From Candidatus Latescibacterota bacterium (lineage in GTDB: Bacteria > Latescibacterota > UBA2968 > GCA-2709665): a stretch of DNA of 64,000 nucleotides. The translations under genes and the position numbers were made by a program. The notes below the pieces were generated by a model that worked only from the letters and a program-made list of their open reading frames with translations, was not told the origin of the DNA and made no database searches. Positions 27,682 to 37,771 of this stretch are shown here, piece after piece (the stretch's first letter is position 1; each line of letters begins with the position of its first letter). The stretch lies in the NCBI GenBank assembly GCA_965222075.1, contig OZ244937.1:2176001-2240000 (forward strand). Direction: 5' to 3'.

Positions 27682-28863
27682 ATGGACGAAATCCGCATCG
27701 GCATCGCCGGGCTGGGCCACCGCGGCCTGGGCTGGATCAGGTTGTTACAAAAGGTCCCGGGCTACCGCATCACCGCCGTCTACGACTGGATCGAGCCCCT
27801 GCAGGAGCGGGCCCTGTCGGCGATCCAGAACCGCGACAACGTCAAAACCTTCAGCAACTACGAGGACTTCCTGGCCTGGGAGGGCATCGACGCCGTCGGC
27901 CTCTGCGTGCGCCGTCCGGACCAGGGGGCGATGGCCGCGCAGGCCCTGGAGGCGGGTAAACACGTCAACGCCGAGGTCCCCGCCGCGCACACCCTGGAGG
28001 ACTGCTGGCGGATCGTCACCGCCGCAGAGCGCACCGGCCTGGTCTACCAGCTCGGCGAACAGGCGCGATACTGGGGGTTTGTCGAGGCCTGGCGGGACCT
28101 GGTGGCGGAGGGACGCCTCGGACGCGTGACCTATTGCGAGGGGCAGTACATCGGCTACTACGGCACGCGCCAGTTCTTCCAGGACACGGATACGGGGCGC
28201 TTCTACAGCATCGAAGACCTCCCCGCGCACCCGGAAGCGGAACCGACCTGGCTGCACAGCATGCCCCCTATCCACTACCTCCCCCACGAGCTCAGCCCCA
28301 TGCTCAAGGTCCTGGACGACCGCGTCGTCGAGGTCACCGCCATGAGCACGGCCAGCCCCAGCTACTCGCACCCGGAAATCGGCCAGCCCGACATCCAGAT
28401 CGCGTTGATGAAAACCGAAAAAGACGCCATCCTGCGCATGGCCACCGGCTTTACGCAGAAGATCCCCAGCCGCCGGGGCCACCACTGGTACCAGATCATC
28501 GGCACCCGCGGCTGCATAGAGTGGAAACGGTCGGAAAAGGGCCGTCCCCTGATGTGGCGGGCAGACGCGCAGATGCACGACCTGGCCGAAGTCGACTGGC
28601 GCTTCGAGCGCACGGACGCCCCCGCAGGGGCCCGCAGCAGCGGCCACGGCGATGCGGACTACTACGTCCATGCCGCCTTCCGGGATGCCGTACGCGACAC
28701 CAAACCCCTGGAATTCGACGTCTACCGGGCAATCGAAACCGCGGCCCCCGCGATCCTGGCCGCCGAATCGATTGCCCGGCGGACCTGGCTCACGGTGCCC
28801 GATTTCCGGCCAGGCGAGGCGCGACCGCCCGGAAGGATGGATGATGGCAGACCCCACACATAA
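27682..28863 (+). CDS. Gfo/Idh/MocA oxidoreductase
   Basis: IGIAGLGHRG, AGKHV.AEVP, GHGDAD; GGAGG RBS. Confidence 0.88.
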   Translation: MDEIRIGIAGLGHRGLGWIRLLQKVPGYRITAVYDWIEPLQERALSAIQNRDNVKTFSNYEDFLAWEGIDAVGLCVRRPDQGAMAAQALEAGKHVNAEVPAAHTLEDCWRIVTAAERTGLVYQLGEQARYWGFVEAWRDLVAEGRLGRVTYCEGQYIGYYGTRQFFQDTDTGRFYSIEDLPAHPEAEPTWLHSMPPIHYLPHELSPMLKVLDDRVVEVTAMSTASPSYSHPEIGQPDIQIALMKTEKDAILRMATGFTQKIPSRRGHHWYQIIGTRGCIEWKRSEKGRPLMWRADAQMHDLAEVDWRFERTDAPAGARSSGHGDADYYVHAAFRDAVRDTKPLEFDVYRAIETAAPAILAAESIARRTWLTVPDFRPGEARPPGRMDDGRPHT

Positions 28864-30262
28864 GAAGAGCCTCCTGAGACTCGGCGCCTGTATTCTTTTA
28901 GCGGTTATACTCTGGATGATGCCGGTGCCTCAGGGATTGTCTTCCAAAGGCTGGCAGATCTTTTCGGTGTTTATCTCTGTGATTGTAAGTTTTGTCCTGC
29001 GCCCTTATCCTATGGGACCTATGGTCTTGTTCGGGCTGGTCGCATTGATGGTGAGCAAGACGCTTACGGCTCCCGAAGCGCTTTCAGGCTACGGAGATAC
29101 CACAGTCTGGTTGGTCGTCGCCGCTTTTCTGATCGCCGGTGGAGTTGTGCACACAGGATTTGGCCGCCGGTTGGCTTTAACGCTCGTAAGTTGGCTTGGC
29201 AAGTCCACCCTGGGGCTGGGGTATTCACTGTGTGGCGCCGAGTTGCTGCTGGGACCGGTCGTGCCCTCCAACACCGCCCGGGGTGGAGGAATCCTGGCGC
29301 CGATTATGAATTCGCTGGCTCACGCGCTGGACTCCCGTCCAAATCAAAACCCCGAGCGAGCCGGGCAGTATCTGGCTCTGGTTGGGGCGCATGCCAATCT
29401 GATTACAGCCGCGATGTTTCTGACCGGAATGGCCGCCAACCCGCTGGTCGCCAAAGCAGCAAGAGATTTGTTTGACATTGATTTTGGCTGGGGGGACTGG
29501 GCACTCGGCGCAGTGGTACCCGGACTCATAGGCCTCGGTCTGCTTCCACTTTTTATCTACTACCTGGGTAAGCCTGCACTGGAGGACACACGTGCGGCCC
29601 AGGAAACGGCGCAGGAAGAACTCCGGAAAATGGGCCCCTGGAAATCGGGCGAAAAGGTGATGAGTGTGGTCTTCATCGTACTGATTGCGTTATGGTCTAC
29701 AAAGGCGCTCCACGGCCTGAGCAACACCCTGGTTGCCTGGATAGGCGTCAGCCTGCTGCTTCTAACCAGGACCGAGAAATGGGAGGCCGTCAAAGGGAAT
29801 GATCAGGCGTGGGACACACTCGTATGGCTTGGCGGTCTGCTGACGATGGCGAATAGCCTTAAAGACTACGGATTTATCGACTGGTTTGCAGCCAGCACGC
29901 GGGCATGGGTAGATGGCTTTGATGGGATCACGGTTATTCTTCTCCTCGCCCTGGTTTATTTCTATTCTATGTACTGTTTTTCCATGCTCACCGCTCATAT
30001 TTCTGCTATGGTCGCTGCCTTTTTTGCAGTGGCCCTGGGCGCAGGCGCGCCGGCAATGCTAACCATTGCCATCCTCGCTTACTTTTCCAACCTGTGTGCG
30101 TGTACAACCAACTACTCCACCGGACCGGTGATTATCTACTTCGGACTGGGGTATGTATCACCGCATCAATGGTTTGCCAAAGGGTTCCTGGTATCACTTT
30201 TTCATCTTGCTATCTGGTTTGGCACAGGATTGATCTGGTGGAGGATGTTGGGATGGTGGTAA
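28841..30262 (+). CDS. DASS family divalent anion transporter (CitT/DiT1-like)
   Basis: WLVVAAFLI, PSNTARGGGI, AMFLTGMAANPL, WDTLVWLG, WW..LGWW. Confidence 0.92.
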   Translation: MMADPTHKKSLLRLGACILLAVILWMMPVPQGLSSKGWQIFSVFISVIVSFVLRPYPMGPMVLFGLVALMVSKTLTAPEALSGYGDTTVWLVVAAFLIAGGVVHTGFGRRLALTLVSWLGKSTLGLGYSLCGAELLLGPVVPSNTARGGGILAPIMNSLAHALDSRPNQNPERAGQYLALVGAHANLITAAMFLTGMAANPLVAKAARDLFDIDFGWGDWALGAVVPGLIGLGLLPLFIYYLGKPALEDTRAAQETAQEELRKMGPWKSGEKVMSVVFIVLIALWSTKALHGLSNTLVAWIGVSLLLLTRTEKWEAVKGNDQAWDTLVWLGGLLTMANSLKDYGFIDWFAASTRAWVDGFDGITVILLLALVYFYSMYCFSMLTAHISAMVAAFFAVALGAGAPAMLTIAILAYFSNLCACTTNYSTGPVIIYFGLGYVSPHQWFAKGFLVSLFHLAIWFGTGLIWWRMLGWW

Positions 30263-30304
30263 ATCCTTATCCCCCGCTCACAGGAGAGTTTGTGACACCT
30301 TCCG

Positions 30305-32011
30305 TCAAAACTCATTCACCATCCGCACGTGCACCTTCCCCTGTGCCGGGCTGTCCCCCTTCGTCAACCCGTAGTCCAGTCCGATCATCCCCAGCCGGGA
30401 CACCGCTCTTAGCCCCACGCCATAGCCGATTGGAAACAGATGCCCTCCGTCGACCTCCGGATCGTCCAGATAGCCCAGATCGAAGAACAGAAACGCCCGC
30501 GACCGGCGCCCCAGCAGCATCCGCCACTCTAAATTGGCCCAGGCCGCCTGCGCCGCCAGAAATACCTCCTCCCGGTGCCCCCGAATCGTGGTCGTCCCCC
30601 CCAGCCGCAGACGCGCGTCGGGGGCAACCCGGTCCCCCTCTTTCACCCCGGCGTTGTGGAGGCCGACGGCCAGCACAGACCGTTTTCCCAGCGGCAGAAA
30701 ATGCGTCAGATCCAACGCATACTGCCGACGGACCTGTCCCCTGCCGCCCCGAAGCGCCCGGCCGTAGCTGAACCGGCCCCGGTATAAAAGCCCCGACCTC
30801 GGGTTCCACCGATTGTCCCTGCGGTCGTACTGCATGCCCCCTTCCAGCGCCCAGGTTCGGCTCTGGAAAAACCGTCCGAGGCCGCTCGAATCGGGCCGTA
30901 CGCCCCCCCTCCGGAACCCGACGCGTACCCCCAGGTCCGGTGAGAGAGCCAACACCAGGCCGGCCCCAACGCTGTTTTCCACGTACCCCGGGCGCTGCCG
31001 CACCATCAAGTCTACTTCTGCCGAAAGGGGATGCCCCAGCACCCAGAGCTCCCGGTAGCGCAGGTTCAGATCCGACGCGGCCGGTCCCTGGCGTCCCCAC
31101 GAGACGTGGCCGCCCCTGCCTGTACCCAGTAAATTGTCGAAATCCAGCGTAAACGTCCCCGTCAGCGCATGCGTCAGCCCCCCCGGGCCCGGCGCGTAGC
31201 TCAGCCCCCCTTCAACCCGGGTGGCGCTCGCCTCCCGCACGGCAACCACCAGAGCCCAGCGGCCCGTGTTCCCTTCCTGCTCTAAGGTTGCCCCCCTCAC
31301 CTCCAAGAGGAAGGGAAGCCGCCGCAGGGCCTGCAGCGCCCGGTCCACGCGCCGCTGGTCGTACGGCTCTCCCGGCGCAAGTCGCATCTCCCGCAGAAGC
31401 ACCCCTGCTCGTGTCACCCGGTTGCCCGTAAAACGGATCGTATCGACCCGGACAAAAGGCCCCTCCTCAATCGCTACCCGAACCTGCGCCAGATCCTTTC
31501 CCGGTTCGATCCCCACCTCGGGCCGTAGTGCGGCATAGGGATAGCCCCGGTTCTCGTAGACCCGGAGCAGGGCATCCATATCGGCCTCCAGGTGCCGGCT
31601 GACCAGAGGCGTCCCCGGCCGGGAGGCCATCGCCTCCAACAAAGCGTCCAGCGCGATCTGCCGGTTGCCGGTCACCTCGACCGACGCGACCCGCGTGAGC
31701 CGTCCCTCCTCAACCCGGAAGCGGACCGAAGCGCCCTTCTCCGAAAGCCCGACCTCCGGAGGCGCTACGGCCGCCTGCCAGTACCCGGCATCCCGGTACC
31801 CCTCCAGAATACGGCGGAGGTCCTGCCGCAGCAGCAGGCTGTCCAGAGAGATCCCGGCCCGCGTCACCAGCCATCCCCGCACCCGGTCCTCCGACATCCG
31901 GCGTACCCCCTCAACCCGCACCCGCCGCACGATCGGACGTTCCGCTCCCTGTAGAACGCCCAAAAGCCCAAATGTCAACAGCAAACTGACCAGAACATAA
32001 CGCACCACCAT
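30305..32011 (-). CDS. Omp85 (BamA/TamA) family outer membrane protein
   Basis: POTRA repeats, NLLGTG, IRG, GYGVGLR, terminal Phe; AGGAG RBS. Confidence 0.88.
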   Translation of the reverse strand: MVVRYVLVSLLLTFGLLGVLQGAERPIVRRVRVEGVRRMSEDRVRGWLVTRAGISLDSLLLRQDLRRILEGYRDAGYWQAAVAPPEVGLSEKGASVRFRVEEGRLTRVASVEVTGNRQIALDALLEAMASRPGTPLVSRHLEADMDALLRVYENRGYPYAALRPEVGIEPGKDLAQVRVAIEEGPFVRVDTIRFTGNRVTRAGVLLREMRLAPGEPYDQRRVDRALQALRRLPFLLEVRGATLEQEGNTGRWALVVAVREASATRVEGGLSYAPGPGGLTHALTGTFTLDFDNLLGTGRGGHVSWGRQGPAASDLNLRYRELWVLGHPLSAEVDLMVRQRPGYVENSVGAGLVLALSPDLGVRVGFRRGGVRPDSSGLGRFFQSRTWALEGGMQYDRRDNRWNPRSGLLYRGRFSYGRALRGGRGQVRRQYALDLTHFLPLGKRSVLAVGLHNAGVKEGDRVAPDARLRLGGTTTIRGHREEVFLAAQAAWANLEWRMLLGRRSRAFLFFDLGYLDDPEVDGGHLFPIGYGVGLRAVSRLGMIGLDYGLTKGDSPAQGKVHVRMVNEF

Positions 32012-32094
32012 AACAAGCATCTCCTGTTGAACCGCAAAGACACAGAGAGACTCGGGTATCGGGCTCTGCATCCTCTTTCGTCTCTGCGATCAAT

Positions 32095-35000
32095 TTAAAA
32101 CCTCGCGCGCACCTCCACCCGTCCCAGGTGCAGCACCGGACGGCCCGGACGCCTGCGGCCGTCGTAGACCAGCAGCGCCGTCAGGTATCGGGCAAGCCGG
32201 TAATCCACTCCCACCCGCCAGACCAAGTTGTGTCCTGCCCGATGTCCCTCGGCCATGCCCAAAAAGAGCGGCAGCCGTCCCGTTGCAGACACGCGGATCC
32301 AGTCCAGGCTGCCCCGCACCCGTCCCCTCCCCGGCAGGCCCCGGATGACCTCCGGCTTCAGCGAAAGGCGGGCGGCGTCCAACCCCCGGACCTCCTCCCG
32401 GTCCCATCCCATCCCCGCGCGCAGGCCCGTCTGCCAGCCCCGTGCAAAGCGCCAGCGCCCTCGGAGAGAAAATGCACCCGACCCGATGCCGTAGGCAAAA
32501 GGCCCCTCCCCCTTCCTGTGACGGCGTCCACCCGACGCCTCCGTCTCCAGTTCAAACCCGGACCCGATCTGAAAACGTCCCAGAACCGCGCCCTCGGCAA
32601 GGGCCTCCATTCCTCCTTCCGAAAGCGTCCGGTCCAGCCGGGACCGCTGCCGGGCAGAGATGCGAAACGACGCCCGGCGGCTGTAGCGAAAGAGATACAG
32701 CCTGGTCCGGATGTCCCGTCGCCCGCTGATCACCTCGTTTCCGGACCAGAACCGGTACAGGTCCCAGGGCGCAACCCCACTGTATCCTGGAAGCACCCGC
32801 CGGTCCGCCTCTAACGAAAGATCCAGCGACACCCCGGCCAGGAAGCGCTGCCAGCCTCCTGCCGGAGACCGCAGCAGGCGCTTGAGCGCCACCTCGAACC
32901 GGGCGCCCAACACCGCCTCCCGCACCGGCCGAAATCCCCCATCATCCCCGTAAAACACCTCATAATCCCCATCCACATCCGGGACAAACTCCTCCCTGTC
33001 CTGCACCCCATCTCCGTCCACATCCTCCCAGAGGTAGATGCCCCGTCCCTGTCCCACATACACGAAAACCGGCTGCCGATTCGGCGCGCCCGTACTGGAA
33101 ATCCGGTAGGAAATCTGCTGCGACAGCGCTCCGTTGAACGGAGCATATCCCAGGCGCAGCCGGGCCAGGTCGGTGTGTCGGTCGCGCTCTCCCTGCTGTG
33201 GATACCGGACCGCGCTCCGGCTGTATTCTCCAGAAAGCGAAAGCCCGCCCCAGCCGGTTACCCCCGCCCGATGCCGGTGGGACCAGCTTTGAAGGCTGTC
33301 GCGCCATCCCCCCTCTAAGCGGTGCGTCCGGCGCAGGATCAGCGCCGACGTCCAGGACCAGGGGGTCCGGCTGCGGGTCGAAACATCCCAGGTCAGTTCC
33401 CGGACCTTTACCCCTTCGGGCATGCTGGCCCGCTCGGGAGCAAAGGCATAAAAAAGCGAAGACCCGCCAACCGCGCCCCCGTGTGCGGTCTCCGACGCGA
33501 ACCGGAAGCCTGGACGGACCTTCCAGAAGGCCGCAGACACCCTGCCCTGCCGCCGGGACAGGCGGCCGCCCCCCTGAGAGACCTCTTGGAAGAGATAGCG
33601 CACATCAGGCGCATGGGGCCTGGAAACCTCGATCCCCACTTCGCGGCGTGCCGCAGGGCGGCTCCCGTTCCGCCGGCCGTATTCCAGGTTGAACCGAACC
33701 CCCTGCGCCGGGATGTAATGAAGCGCCACCTCGCCTGACCGCTCATCGCCTCGCTCGGACTCCGAGCGCCACCCCCAGCGCCCCTCGGTCTCCACCCGGT
33801 CGATCCGGTCAAATCCGGAAAACCGGGCCCCCACCTGCCGGTAGGACCCGGCCAGCCTGATCCGGCCAAGCGATTGTCCTGCCACAGACAACGCGTTAGG
33901 CACAAGGTCGACCCCCACCCGGAAGGCCTTCCCCCGGCTCCGCTCCTGCTCATCGGGTGCAAGGGGGGTGGACGTCTTGTCGCTAAAGGCCAACTCTCCG
34001 CTCAAACTCACCCCCTCCAGGAGCGTGTACCTGGCGTCCAGAACCGTCACCTGCTGCAGCGAAGGGGTGGGCACGGGCACGGAAAGGCCGGCGGCAGGAA
34101 GGGCACGATCGGCCTCCCGGATAAACGTCGTCCCCAGCCAGAGACGGTCGTCGGCCAGGGCCAGCCTGCCCTGTAGCCCCACCATGCGGCGCCTCGATCC
34201 CCCGTCTAAGATCTGGTATTCCACCGAAATCCGGCTCTCCGCCGAAATCGGATGGGCCGGCGTAAAGGTCAAAAGCCCCCGTTCATAATCGATTGCATAG
34301 TCCTGCCCCTCTCCCCGCCTCAGCAGGCGGCCGTCTAAGTAGACCCGTTCCGATCCCGCCACCACCGGACCGCCGCCCCCTCCGGCTCCCCCTGAAAGTC
34401 GGTAGGGCCCCTGGTAGCCCTGGGAAGGCGCAATCCGGTGGGTCGCCCACCGTCCTTCGGACACCGCGCCGAAAAGCCTGGCCTCCCCTCCCGGCAGCGA
34501 GACTGCAAGCCTGGCCCCCTGCAGGCGCCGCCGGTACCGCCCAAACGTCGTCTCGCCGAAAACCACATCCTGGTCGCCCAGACCCGCCGACAAAGACCGG
34601 GACCGAACCTGGAAGGTGACCCGGTCGAGTTCCTGCAAACTCCGGGTCCGGCCCTCGGGCTGCAGAGGAAGATTCCGGTCCGAAAGCAGCGCAAGCACCT
34701 CCACCCCCTCCGTGACCTCTCCGGAGATGTGCACCCGCAGGGACTGCGTCAATTCAGGAGCCCGATCCGACCCGAACTCCACCTGGATACGCTTGGTCCC
34801 GCCGATATCCAGCCCGGGCCCGGCGGCGGCCGGTCCCTGGAAGGGTGCCTCCGCCCGCGCCTTTGGAGGACGCGGCTGCGGGGATGCCCCCTCCGTCCCT
34901 CCAGCCGGCCGCTCGCGACGCCGGTAGACCGGCCGCAGCACCTGTGGTGACTGCCGAAACCGGACCAGCACGGGCACCCCCCGGGGCAGATCTCGAAAAA

Positions 35001-35244
35001 AAGTCAGCAGGGCATCGTCAATCCGGTAGTCCAGTCCCCGCACCTGCAGACGACCCGCCACCCGGACCGATACGCTCACCTCTAAGATCGGACGGTCGGA
35101 GATACAATAGGGGCCCCGGCTGCCGTCCGCCTTAAACGTCCGCTCCATATCAAAAAGTGTAACCCGATCCGGACCGGCCCGGGCCGCGGCAGACAGGCCC
35201 AGGAGGCAGAAAAGCACCAGACGTGTGTAATTGGGCTTTACCAT
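32095..35244 (-). CDS. large outer-membrane beta-barrel, SprA-like segments, function unknown
   Basis: Signal peptide; QGPY.L...GSERVYLDG..L.RG...DY.IDY..G.LTF; amphipathic strands; terminal Phe. Confidence 0.7.
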   Translation of the reverse strand: MVKPNYTRLVLFCLLGLSAAARAGPDRVTLFDMERTFKADGSRGPYCISDRPILEVSVSVRVAGRLQVRGLDYRIDDALLTFFRDLPRGVPVLVRFRQSPQVLRPVYRRRERPAGGTEGASPQPRPPKARAEAPFQGPAAAGPGLDIGGTKRIQVEFGSDRAPELTQSLRVHISGEVTEGVEVLALLSDRNLPLQPEGRTRSLQELDRVTFQVRSRSLSAGLGDQDVVFGETTFGRYRRRLQGARLAVSLPGGEARLFGAVSEGRWATHRIAPSQGYQGPYRLSGGAGGGGGPVVAGSERVYLDGRLLRRGEGQDYAIDYERGLLTFTPAHPISAESRISVEYQILDGGSRRRMVGLQGRLALADDRLWLGTTFIREADRALPAAGLSVPVPTPSLQQVTVLDARYTLLEGVSLSGELAFSDKTSTPLAPDEQERSRGKAFRVGVDLVPNALSVAGQSLGRIRLAGSYRQVGARFSGFDRIDRVETEGRWGWRSESERGDERSGEVALHYIPAQGVRFNLEYGRRNGSRPAARREVGIEVSRPHAPDVRYLFQEVSQGGGRLSRRQGRVSAAFWKVRPGFRFASETAHGGAVGGSSLFYAFAPERASMPEGVKVRELTWDVSTRSRTPWSWTSALILRRTHRLEGGWRDSLQSWSHRHRAGVTGWGGLSLSGEYSRSAVRYPQQGERDRHTDLARLRLGYAPFNGALSQQISYRISSTGAPNRQPVFVYVGQGRGIYLWEDVDGDGVQDREEFVPDVDGDYEVFYGDDGGFRPVREAVLGARFEVALKRLLRSPAGGWQRFLAGVSLDLSLEADRRVLPGYSGVAPWDLYRFWSGNEVISGRRDIRTRLYLFRYSRRASFRISARQRSRLDRTLSEGGMEALAEGAVLGRFQIGSGFELETEASGGRRHRKGEGPFAYGIGSGAFSLRGRWRFARGWQTGLRAGMGWDREEVRGLDAARLSLKPEVIRGLPGRGRVRGSLDWIRVSATGRLPLFLGMAEGHRAGHNLVWRVGVDYRLARYLTALLVYDGRRRPGRPVLHLGRVEVRARF

Positions 35245-35273
35245 AATGATCCCAATTCAACATCAAGTCAAAC

Positions 35274-35319
35274 AGACGACGGACGACGGCTTTAGAGGGT
35301 TGACCGTGGTCCGTCGTCT
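35274..35319. repeat. 46-bp palindromic intergenic repeat, copy 1
   Basis: AGACGACGGACGACGG...CCGTGGTCCGTCGTCT; a similar element lies at 50747..50792. Confidence 0.75.
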
Positions 35320-35384
35320 CACACAAAAAACGGGATATCCCGACCACAGAACGGAATATCCCGGCTCTACTTCAAACGTCCCCC

Positions 35385-36344
35385 TCAACGGCGGGGGACG
35401 AGGATCTGGAATTTCTGCACGCGGCTGTTCCCTGTATCCAGCACGTAGAGCACATTGCGCGGCCCCAGCACCAGCCCCCGAGGGCCCTTGAAGGTCCCGG
35501 ATTTCTGTCCTGGCTCGGGCCCGCCGATCCACTTGAGAACCTCTCCGCTTTCCAGGTCAAAAACCAGCACCCGGTGGTGCCCGGTATCTGCCACGAAAAG
35601 CGTGCCCTTCACACCTACGCAGACCCCGGCAGGCTCTGATAGCGTCCCTTCTCCCAGGCCCCGCTTGAAATTGCCAAACCGATCAAAAACCGCAATCCGA
35701 TCGTTTTCGCTGTCGCAGACGTAGACCTCTGCCTTCTCACCCACCGCAAGCCCGAGGGGACGCCGCAGTCTGCCGGCGCCGTAGCCGTATCCCCCAAAAC
35801 TACGATCCGTCTGGTTGTACGTGCTGATCTGCACCATCTGGTCGGCATCGGTATCGCTCACATACAGCTCACCCTCTTCAGAAACCGCAATCCCGCCCAG
35901 CGCTCCCAGGGCGATCGGGCCTTCCACATCCTGTCCTCCCACCAGGCCCAGCAGACGGAAGTGCGGGCTGAAAATCTGGATCCGGTGATTGCGGCCATCG
36001 GCCACATACAGCTCCAGCCCTCCCCTCCCAACCGCCACCCCTGCGGGCCGATTGAACTGGCCCGCATCCCAGCCGAACCCACCCACTTCGGACAGGTAAC
36101 CCCCATCCAGATCGAATTTCTGAATGCGGTCATTCCCGGTATCGGCCACATAAAGACTCCCGACAGGGTCCACGGTAATCCCGGAAGGATCGTGAAACTG
36201 CCCCTGCCCGTTCCCTTTCTGACCAAACGCCGAAACAAACCGGAAATCCACCTTTACCGGCGCCGCCTTTTGCGCAAACGCGCTCCCGGCAAGGAGAAAG
36301 AACCAAATCAATACGCGGCAAATCGCCCAAATTGCAATTTGCAA
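35385..36344 (-). CDS. secreted NHL-repeat beta-propeller protein
   Basis: Six GQF..P.GI....LYVADTGN.RIQ-type repeats after a signal peptide. Confidence 0.9.
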   Translation of the reverse strand: MQIAIWAICRVLIWFFLLAGSAFAQKAAPVKVDFRFVSAFGQKGNGQGQFHDPSGITVDPVGSLYVADTGNDRIQKFDLDGGYLSEVGGFGWDAGQFNRPAGVAVGRGGLELYVADGRNHRIQIFSPHFRLLGLVGGQDVEGPIALGALGGIAVSEEGELYVSDTDADQMVQISTYNQTDRSFGGYGYGAGRLRRPLGLAVGEKAEVYVCDSENDRIAVFDRFGNFKRGLGEGTLSEPAGVCVGVKGTLFVADTGHHRVLVFDLESGEVLKWIGGPEPGQKSGTFKGPRGLVLGPRNVLYVLDTGNSRVQKFQILVPRR

Positions 36345-36368
36345 TTCCCTATCCTTTCATATCCTGTC

Positions 36369-37592
36369 CTATAGCTTCAAATTCTGCTGAATGCTCTCCA
36401 CCGCCCGCGCCACATCCTCGTGGTGCCCAAACGCACTCAGCCTGAAATAGCCCTCGCCGCCTGGCCCGAACCCGGCCCCCGGCGTGCCTACCACATGCGC
36501 CTCTGCAAGAAGCTGATCAAAGAAATTCCACGAACCCATCCCACGGGGCGTCACCATCCAAAGATAGGGCGCATGCACCCCCCCGTACACCTTAACCCCT
36601 ATCGCCTCAAGCGCCGTGCGAATCCGTCTCGCATTCTCCATATAATAATCCACGGTGCCCTGACACTCTCTTTTTCCCTCTTCCGTAAACGCCGCGAGCG
36701 CCCCCTCCTGAACAATGTTCGAAGCGCCGTTAAACATCGTGCTCTGACGTCGCATCCAGAGTGCATTCACCTTGCCGGGTTCTGTCCCCTCCACCACCAG
36801 GTCCATAGGAACCACGCTCCAGCCTAAGCGCACGCCGGTAAACCCGATATCCTTGGAAAAACTGTTGATCTCAACCGCGCATTCCCCGGCCCCATCCACC
36901 TCATAAATGCTCCTGGGCAGATCCGGATCGGAGATATAGGCACAATAGGCCGCATCAAAAATAACCACAGCCTTGTGTTCCCGGGCATAATTGACAAACT
37001 TCTGCAGCTGCGCTTTGGTTGCAACGGCCCCTGTGGGATTGTTGGGATTGCACAGATAGATCAGGTCCACCTTCCCCTCAGGCAGCTCGGGAAAAAACCC
37101 ATTCTCGTCCGTGCAGGGCATATAAACCAGCCCACCGTACTGCCCATCCACACACACACCGGTCCGCCCGGCAATCACATTGCTGTCCACATACACAGGA
37201 TAGGCCGGATCCTGCACGGCAACGACATTCTCCAGGCCAAAAATCGACTGGATGTTGGCGGAATCGGGCTTTGCGCCGTCACTCACAAATATCTCCGACG
37301 GGTCGAGCGTCACACTGTAGCCGGCATAGCGCTCCACCAGCGCTTCTCTCAGTTGGGTTGTGCCCTCATAATCTCCATATCCGGTATAGGTCTCCACATC
37401 CGCCAGCTTATCCACCCCCTGGTGAAGGCCGGCCACAATGGCTGGCGTTAAAGTCTCGGTAGTATCCCCGATGCCCAGGCGCATCACCTCAACACCGGGA
37501 TTTGCTTCCAGGAACGCCTGCGTTCTCCTGGCAATCTCAGGAAAAAGATATCCCGCTGCAAGTTTGTCGTAGTGGGAATTAAGGGTTGCCAT
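36369..37592 (-). CDS. dapL: LL-diaminopimelate aminotransferase
   Basis: GYLFPEI, LGIGD, SDGAK, PNNPTG, SFSK..GFTGVRLG, RLSAF. Confidence 0.95.
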   Translation of the reverse strand: MATLNSHYDKLAAGYLFPEIARRTQAFLEANPGVEVMRLGIGDTTETLTPAIVAGLHQGVDKLADVETYTGYGDYEGTTQLREALVERYAGYSVTLDPSEIFVSDGAKPDSANIQSIFGLENVVAVQDPAYPVYVDSNVIAGRTGVCVDGQYGGLVYMPCTDENGFFPELPEGKVDLIYLCNPNNPTGAVATKAQLQKFVNYAREHKAVVIFDAAYCAYISDPDLPRSIYEVDGAGECAVEINSFSKDIGFTGVRLGWSVVPMDLVVEGTEPGKVNALWMRRQSTMFNGASNIVQEGALAAFTEEGKRECQGTVDYYMENARRIRTALEAIGVKVYGGVHAPYLWMVTPRGMGSWNFFDQLLAEAHVVGTPGAGFGPGGEGYFRLSAFGHHEDVARAVESIQQNLKL

Positions 37593-37771
37593 CTTCTCTT
37601 TGTGTCCTTTCTTTAAAACCTTCTCATCTTTCGCCGCCTCTCCAACCCAACAATATATGCAGCTTCCCCGACGATGTCAAAAGGTCTACAGCCCCTTGTC
37701 CACCACAAAAAAATCGCCACTTTCAAAGGGGGGCTGAAAGCGACGATTACAGGAACGGGGTCCCAGAAACA

